NCBI RefSeq assembly: GCF_001194135.2 | Contig: NC_068982.1 | Span: 46,485,308-46,539,454 of the forward strand | Direction: 5' to 3' | DNA from: Octopus bimaculoides | Lineage: Eukaryota | DNA: 54,147 nucleotides | Shown: positions 46,588 to 54,147 of the stretch, in pieces | How the letters are laid out: every line of letters begins with the position of its first letter | Numbering within the stretch: the first letter of the stretch is position 1 | Position numbers and translations under genes: made by a program | Notes under the pieces: generated by a model | What the model was told of the DNA's origin: nothing | What the model saw: only the letters and a program-made list of their open reading frames with translations | Databases searched by the model: none

Positions 46588-46929
46588 TGTATGTATGCGT
46601 GCATGTACGGGCGTAGGTATATATTATCTCCCATAGTTACAGGAAATAAATATATTAAATCCATGAAAAACCTTTCTACGCTTTTGTTTTTGATTTTGTT
46701 TTTATTTTTTATGTTGATTTACAGTTTTTCTTATTCACGTTTTATGTATTCCAGTAAATACACAGTAGAGATAGCAAATGGTGAACATGAAAAGCGAAGG
46801 TAGTTTATATTCATTCTGCATACTTACCCCATAAATGATTCATATGCAGCGCTCATTTGCGCAGCAATGCAATGGCAGCAGGCTGTTTAGCAACGATGAA
46901 TGCAGCAGAGCACGTTGAAAGTACTTTCT

Positions 46930-47870
46930 TTCAAGAAAGCCATTTTTCTGAACAGTCACATGTATTTCCCCGTGCTGCCGAGTCGGGTTGATATATAAAA
47001 AAAAAGCACAGCTCGTTTATGATGTTGAGGAGGTAGCTGCAACGTCTATGACAGCAGTTATGACGGCGTTTGTATGGGTACAACAGACGGCGTGGTGGCC
47101 CCCCCCCCTCCAACAACGATCCTTTAGTACAGGTACCATGAAATATTTTATGTACCCGTGTCGATACACTAAAACGGAGACACTTAACTAACACTGGCTT
47201 CAAGAAGATAGCTTACTGTCCTATGATTGAAAATATGAAACTTCGAAATAGACGCAGGAAGATTATATGTTTTGCATTCCCCCGCCCTTTCTCTTTGAAT
47301 GTCAAGATTAATGTAGGTATAAAGTTCCTGGCCTTCATAGATAGGCATTTCCCAGGTAGCCAAAGTTATAGAAAATTTTTTAATGGACGTTCAATGAATG
47401 TTTCATTCAGTTGCTGTGCCAGCGTTAAAATATTATCACTCGCAGGTAACACCAGGCGCCTGCTTTAAGTTGTAACTGTAGAGTCCCAGAAAATTACCCA
47501 ATTGAGTACGCATGTATAATTAGCTTAGTGGTGTATGGAGCTTAAATCACATTAGTGCTCAAAGATTATGAAACTCAAAATGAAATTTACGTTGGTATAT
47601 GCGAAAGGGACTTTAAAAAAAGTATAAGCTAATCACCACTCTTCTTTCCGATATATAGACAAGAAAAAACCCCACAAAGTTTGCTAGCCATGTCTGGGAC
47701 CGAGAGGACAACAATGCACCATACATCGTCATGTGGAGCATCGTGGAACGATCCACGCTATACGTTAATGGCTCAAAGAGATGCAGGGTTTACTTATCCG
47801 AAAAATCAATTCTTTTCAGATCTAAGAACTTACTGACCAACTGAATTATCATGCGATTCCGATTTTCAAT
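46930..47870 (+). mobile_element. Penelope-like element relic (RT remnant, linker, GIY-YIG)
   Basis: NRRRKII...PFSLNVKINVGIKFLAFIDRHFP...FFN...VSFSCC (ORF 47223-47468), CNCR, VVYGA, IYVGICERDFKK, ASHVWD, WSIVER and NGSKRC. The upstream part (SYDG.VC) is weaker. Confidence 0.8.
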
Positions 47871-48127
47871 TTTTCACCCTTCCAAATCAATTTCTGGTTG
47901 AATATTTAGCTCGAAATGAATGTATAACTTTACCAACCCCGAGTTTCACGTGTTACATGATTAAGGTCTGCTTATAGTTCTCTTGTGTCTCAGTGGGTGT
48001 GATTAGAACTTCAGCGGCTTAATTTGCCTGAAGTTTTCGTATGCACAGTTTATCTATCTTTTATTTTTGTGGAAAATAAATAAATGGAAATTTTAAAAAA
48101 AGTTGGACTAAATACTTGAAAACATTT

Positions 48128-49935
48128 CAGAAATTTTGGCTAAAGAATCCCTTATTTGTTAAATGATTTCCTTAACTGATGAAAGATGGAAATTATATAG
48201 TAATATTAAACTGACAAGAGTTTACAGAGGAGACTTAAATCAGACAAAACACAGAGAAGATATATCATAAGTGAAACATAACGCGATGGCCGTCAAGTCT
48301 ATCTCATTAAAGAAGGAAAATAAACTTACTAAATTTAAAATATCATTTTAAAGTTTATAAAACTGACGTAAGTGTTCATAGAGGTCCCATAGGTCATTAA
48401 AATAGACAAAATATATCGAAAATATGACATCAGCAGATGAGCATAAAATCTATCTGGTCAAAGAATGACGATAATTTCTCTCTATCTGTATATATTGCAA
48501 AGTTATTCTTCTATTCATTTCATTGGTCACGTGAGTAAACTTTCGAAACCAGAAATGCCGTCAACTTCTGGCACGAGCTCCTTTACTTTGCAGTTTTACA
48601 GAATTATGGGGCCATGCTCTCCTCAAACTCATATCACTGGCTATGGTTTGATGAACAAGTTAATGATTCGAACAAGACATCATTCTCTCTCATTAAAGAA
48701 CAATCATCTGATATTATTTGTAAAAAAACATTTGTGTATCTGTGCTCGATGTCATAACGCTAAACGTAGCAAGATTTCATCTCTGCTGACTAGTTTTTAA
48801 CAACAAGCACCACATGAAGTTTTGTATCAATATCACAAAGACTATTTTAGCAGGAATATTTTTCGATTGGCATGGGTAGGTTATCGATTCTAAGTAAACC
48901 TCATCACTCACTTTGATAAAGAATTATATCTCTAATATGATTCTTATCAAATGCTTATAGCTTGCAATTTGTCTCTTCTTATGCGAATTATTGCCTTCTA
49001 ATATTATTTGATAAGAGAAAGCTACAGCTGGTTCCACAGAGTTTCATTAATGAGAGTTATCTAGAGATTTACTGACTGATAAATGATAAGAAAGACACCT
49101 TTGAAAGGAACACAGGAGTTAAGAAAGTGCAATAACGTAAAGCGATTTTTACATCAGTGACTTTCTTTAACTTATTCCTCTTGTGATAAATATTTTGCAG
49201 AACATTTACGTTCAATGGACCTTAACCATATCAATAAGCTATACTTCACACTCATCAAGCCAATACTAAATTATTTTGAAGGGATTAATTTACTTTATCA
49301 GAACAGATTAATCAGATCAAAATGCAATGTATGAAGTTTTCATACTGACTGAGGAAAATTCAGCCTTGGAATGTTCGGAGCTGTACAACCTGATCATGCA
49401 GTGCTTAATGGACATAGGCTACGACGTTTCAACACTTCTGATCATTAACAGATAAGGTTATGCTATAACCAACGTTAAGTTTCTAAGCGTTCAACAAAGA
49501 CGTCCTAAGTTTATTGAATTACAACTTGCAAAGAGCTTCTTTCTTGGAATCCTAGTAATGCCGAAACAAGTGAAGGAGATGTCTCTTATCATACACCTTG
49601 GCGACATGCGTTCACTATTTTTAAACCTTCCATTAATTCTAGTTGACCAATTTAAGCTGATGGAAATTGAAGGCCAATAGCATTGACTTATAACTATTGA
49701 GTGTTCAAATATTTGTGAGGAGCAAATTCCAGCATCTAGATCTTCATTTTGGTCCAAGAATGTCTTAGAGAACCCGTACTCTTTAACCTTGCTGAGTCTG
49801 GAATGAAAATATACAGCTTACCAAATACTAATACCTTGTTTGCAGAGGTATTTTGAGAATAAGGTGTGAAAACTAAACGAAGAAATCAAATTAAGCTTAA
49901 GCTTTTGACAATAATCTTGAGTATTAAAACATGCC
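48128..49935 (+). mobile_element. Near full-length, heavily decayed hAT transposase
   Basis: Colinear motifs: WLKNPLF (48137), GDL..TKH, ELLYFAV, ITGYG.DE, RFLHQ*LSL, INKLYFTLIKPILNYFEGINLLYQ (49230-49301), EIEGQ*, FWSK (49747), SLPNTN (49815) and VKTKRRN (49866). Confidence 0.7.
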
Positions 49936-50994
49936 CTGGAGAACATGAGACTTGCTAGTTATTTTCACTTTCGCGTCTATGCTAAAGTAATTTTTTTTTC
50001 CGAATATACAAAGAGGGTGTTACTAATAGAAAAAAATACACTTTTGATTATCTTCAACTGCGAAGGCGTGGACATGTTGCAAATATAGGCCAGCATTCCT
50101 ATTATCGTATTTTTAATTGAAAACATTAGCATTAACAATATTAATAATGCCTTTCAAATTGTATGGTGCACTCTATGTTTTCAAAATGTATTACTCTGAA
50201 AGATATAACAATCAGTTCATGAAAAAATTGGTCTTTTTTTATATTTTTATTATTATCACAACTTCGTTAATTTTAGTCTTTCAGCTTGCTATTTTCACCA
50301 CTTCAGATCTGGCAGCCTCTTACATAACAACAGTCTTAAAGACAACACTTATAACGAAATTTTATTTAATATCTATCATTGATTAAAAATGTTTTGAAGC
50401 CAGTGAAAGAGAAAAAAAATATAATGGAATGACTGAATTATACAGTATATATGTTTTCTGTTTTGACGAAAACATATTGTTTATGAAGGACATTATTAAG
50501 AAGAAATTGAAGAGAATTGGTGGCTACATGACAGCTTCCTTCAACTCTGCCATGATCACCACCACCATCACCATCACCATTACCGTCAGCAGGTATGAGC
50601 AGTAGTACAACAGAGTTGATTGCTAATTGTATAAATGAACTCTAATAAGGTTGTTTCGTGTGTATGTCAAAACAAATTGTATTTTGATATGATACATATT
50701 TAGTTTCATATATATTTTCTAAATATTCTTACTTATATATATATATATATAATTATATAGATTTTCTTACCAGCGAAATTCTCTAGAGTTTGTTGGTTGT
50801 AATTATAGACACTTTACAACATCGTACAAAGTTTATATAGAATTTGATATTGTCAGACGATGTCTATCTTCGAACAAAAGACTTGTCTGTATATTTTAAT
50901 CGTACTTATATTTAAATATGATATTTTTCTCTCCAGCTCAAACAACTAACAATCAACTTCATTTTATTCTGAATAAATACATGATTCTGCTATA

Positions 50995-51378
50995 AGGATT
51001 GCAGCTCTACTGGAGCACCACCTCAAAGGGTTTAATTCTAGTAAATTTACACCTGTACTCATGTTTAAGTCTCTTGCATATTCTATCGGTCAATTTTGAG
51101 ACTGATATAATACGCACCACCGGTTGTTAAGCGGTAGTGAACAAGTACACACATAAGGAGATACACACGCACGCACACTCACTCGCGCGCATGCACACTC
51201 ACTCGCGCGCATGCACACACATACACGACGGGTTTCCACACAGTTTTTTGCCAACCAAATTCAATCAAAAGGCACTGGTCGATCCGCGGCTATCATCAAA
51301 ATATTACCCACGGTTACGCGTTTTGGGACCGCACCCGAAACCACGTGGTTGCAAAGCGAGTTTCTTAACCACACAGCT
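50995..51378 (-). mobile_element. SINE type A (old, diverged)
   Basis: Tail, body, CA tract and head are recognisable in order. Confidence 0.7.
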
Positions 51379-51529
51379 ATTATTTGTTCTGGTAATTCGT
51401 TTCGAGTTGCTTTATAATATTCTGGGTTGATGCATGTTTAAGACTTTCAATAATAACGTTGTTACTGTTAGCTATGTCACGCGATATTATTGCGAATAAG
51501 GTGAATAAAGAAATTGTACAGTTGACCGA

Positions 51530-51810
51530 GTGGAGGCGCGTGGCTGAGGTGTTAGGATATTCGGTTCACGATCGTGTTGTGTCCTTGAGCAAGACACTTT
51601 ATTTCACGTTGCTCCAGTCCACTCAGCTGGCAAAAATAAGTAGTGCCTGTATTTCAAAGGGCCAGTCTTGTCACTCTGTTTCATGCTGAAGCTCCTTGAG
51701 AACTACACATGTATGTGGAATACTCAACCGCTTACACATTAATTTCACGAGCAGGCTGTTCCGTTGATCGGATCAGCTGGAACACTCATCGTCGTAACCG
51801 ACGGAGTGCC
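51530..51810 (+). mobile_element. SINE type C (B-box segment deleted)
   Basis: GAGGCGCGTGGCT..GATCGT joined directly to GTTGTGTCCTTGAGCAAGACAC; body as in 39769-40072. Confidence 0.85.
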
Positions 51811-52358
51811 AGTTTTAGAGGGTTTTTATAGTTGGCTGAAATGATCATTGTATTTAATAGATACATTATTATCTAGATATGGAATCCAAAATTCAACTGT
51901 ATGTGCCAAATCAGAAACGATTATTACCAATTTTCGACGGTTTCATATGAGAGTATACACCACGACCTGTTGAGCTATGCGTGCGTATGTGTGCGAGTGT
52001 ATGTGTATGTGAATGTGTGTGAGTGTGCGTGCGTGTGCATATGCATGTGTGTGCGCGTGTATATACGTGTGGTTAAAGCAATGTCTTTTTGGAGTGTTGG
52101 AAGGTGTTTATATGTAACATATCTTTTGTGTTGTTGTGAAGTTAGTTTTGTTGTTTCTGGTATTATTTTAATATCTTCCCCCGTTTACTGTGTAGAGCAG
52201 GTGTCCCTGATCACCGGGCCGTGGATCATTTGTTCCTGGGCCGCATAGAAATAATAAATTTTATTTCTGTTTTATTGACTGACGCAGCCTGCCGGATGTT
52301 TTTTGCATTATATATGTATTATACATGCAATATATATGTATTACATATGTAATATATA

Positions 52359-52560
52359 TCTATAATAGTAAGCGCGAAATTCTGTCTGTCCGTCCATCAG
52401 CAACTCCTGTATCGCAGTCTATATTTGCCCTACATAGACATATTATACCATTTTGGAATCATGATGATCCTAGGATTGAAAATGTCCCCTTCATTTGGTT
52501 CTTGAACATCCAGCATTAAGATCAGGTCTAGGATGAGGATTTGCTATATGCTAACCGTTG
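52359..52560 (+). mobile_element. Possible non-autonomous Helitron 5' end
   Basis: A|TCTATAATAGTAAGCGCGAAATTCTGTCTGTCCGTCC resembles HINE/DINE-type 5' ends; no 3' end found. Confidence 0.4.
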
Positions 52561-53039
52561 AAAATTCAAATTTTAAAAGAACTTCAAAAAATTGTATCAG
52601 AGTTCTCATAGGATCGTATCAGAAGCAACTGTCATTACACTTTCCGGTTGGATTCCCAGGTATGACCAACTAAGATTACGGATATTATCCAGTCACCCTG
52701 TTCTTGACCTTATTCCAGGTCTCCACCAGTTGGCCCGACTTGAAGAATCCATCTTGTGATTCTTTCCTGCGACATTCTAATCGCATAGCAGAGAACGCTG
52801 GGCATAAATTTGAATGGGGGGGGGTAAAATATAAACATGCTATTACGGTAGTAGAATCCAATTGACGGTTTTCCAATTCTTTCGCAACAACTACTTTTTG
52901 ATATCCTACTGTAGATAACACAAGGCTTATTACTCACCACTGAGCTTTTCAAAAGATAACAGAAAACATTTATTATTGATCCGAACCCAGAAAAAAGATA
53001 TTCACCTCAGGAAATCTTGTACATCGATTTGTAAAGCAA

Positions 53040-53910
53040 ACTGCATATAATAAAGTTTGCCGTTATGTCACATATACCTACAACCAACTGTGCCTTACTT
53101 GCTACGTCTGTTGTCTCATCTACAACTATTGAATAAAACGCGCATTGTATTATTTGTGTTCCAGTGATATTTGGATAACGTTAACAAAATCTTTTATATT
53201 GTCAGAACTCCTCTTTAATAAACTTATATTCTCGAACAATCTTACTTTGTCTGGATTTAAAATTCATGCGTCAGTCATTAGGCTAACACGCAGTTTGCCA
53301 CCGCAAAAAGTGAAAGAAAATCGTCGTAAAAAAATTCTAGTCAATTGCATTGCTCGCATGTAACTGTTGTTCGTTATCATGCATCGTCATGCACGCCACA
53401 GAATTGCCTTCTCGAAAGTGTTTGTAGCTGGTTATTTTAAATTAATATGATGTACCTCAGTTGTTATTTCTGAAATAATTAACATCACTATAAGGTATCA
53501 TAATGAAGGAGTTCTTTATGCTTTTTAATGAACTTTTGGTATATCATTGTCGTTACTTCCGGTGTCTATCACAATTTACTTTCATTTTTTAGGACAATTT
53601 ACCTTCACTTTTTTATGACGGTAAACTGCATGTTAACCCAATCATTACACATTGTTAAAGAAACTTGCCTTCAGTATATGGTTTCACTTTCTGTGGAATT
53701 AGCTCGCACATTTCATAACTTATTTGCGCTTAGAAAGTATTTACATTATGAAAATAGATTACTGTTTGAATAAAGATTCTTTCAAAAATGCTCGCTTGCC
53801 TAAACGGGAAACCTTTCAGTTTTTCGTGCTTGGTCAAACAGTGACGTTCAATATCCTACTTTTCATAAACTGCAACCGAATACTTATGAATAAGATGCAT
53901 GCTTTCCATT
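53040..53910 (-). mobile_element. hAT (Spin/Buster, GTF2IRD2-like) transposase N-terminal relic(s)
   Basis: SVAVYEK*DIERHCLTKHE (BED-like, about 53900-53823), SYEMCELI..KPYTEGKFL (about 53684), PDKVRLFENISL and FYSIVVDETTDVASKAQL (53138-53085). Confidence 0.7.
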
Positions 53911-54147
53911 TACTTCTGCGGAAAAACAATTATCTGTTCATTTTTCATTGCATAAAGAACTTTCACCAGCAACCCCTTCCTTTTTGTTATTACTGGCCAT
54001 TACTGGCCATTGCAGGAAGGGTATTACTTTTATGCTGTTTACAATACTGATCTAGTCTTTAATAAAAATAAGCAAATGAACCGTACATGTCGCCATCATT
54101 CAAAATAATTACACTTCTATTTGTAATGAGAGGATTGACAACCAACC

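Noticed and set aside
49491-49757. 88-aa minus-strand ORF with an upstream TTCCAG acceptor
   Set aside because: It is the antisense shadow of the plus-strand hAT relic.

Overview
AT-rich, microsatellite-dense eukaryotic DNA with 12 N-gaps. The tRNA-derived SINE complement and repeat style point to an octopus (cephalopod) draft assembly; this is inference from sequence recognition, not a database result. I find no supportable intact host gene, so the window reads as intronic or intergenic. It is a layered transposon graveyard. (1) Three tRNA-head SINE types occur in more than 25 pieces. (2) DNA transposons: two mariner elements, five Helitron pieces, three decayed hAT transposase relics, a Chapaev-type zinc-finger relic, and hAT, piggyBac-like and foldback MITEs. 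(3) Retroelements: three Penelope-like (GIY-YIG) relics, and RTE and RLE-type LINE fragments. Several of these relics are broken by stops and frameshifts and are missed by the ORF track; I recovered them by manual translation. The most interesting signals are candidate Penelope-type minimal hammerhead ribozymes with an unusually long stem II (22680-22763, 44207-44294), a nested inverted-repeat architecture (41270-44689), the Chapaev/RAG1-N-terminus-type zinc finger, and precise nested insertions that order the events. I did not find evidence for a wholly new biological system. Family assignments rest on remembered consensus motifs and need HMM/BLAST confirmation. Most element boundaries are approximate to about 10-30 bp.
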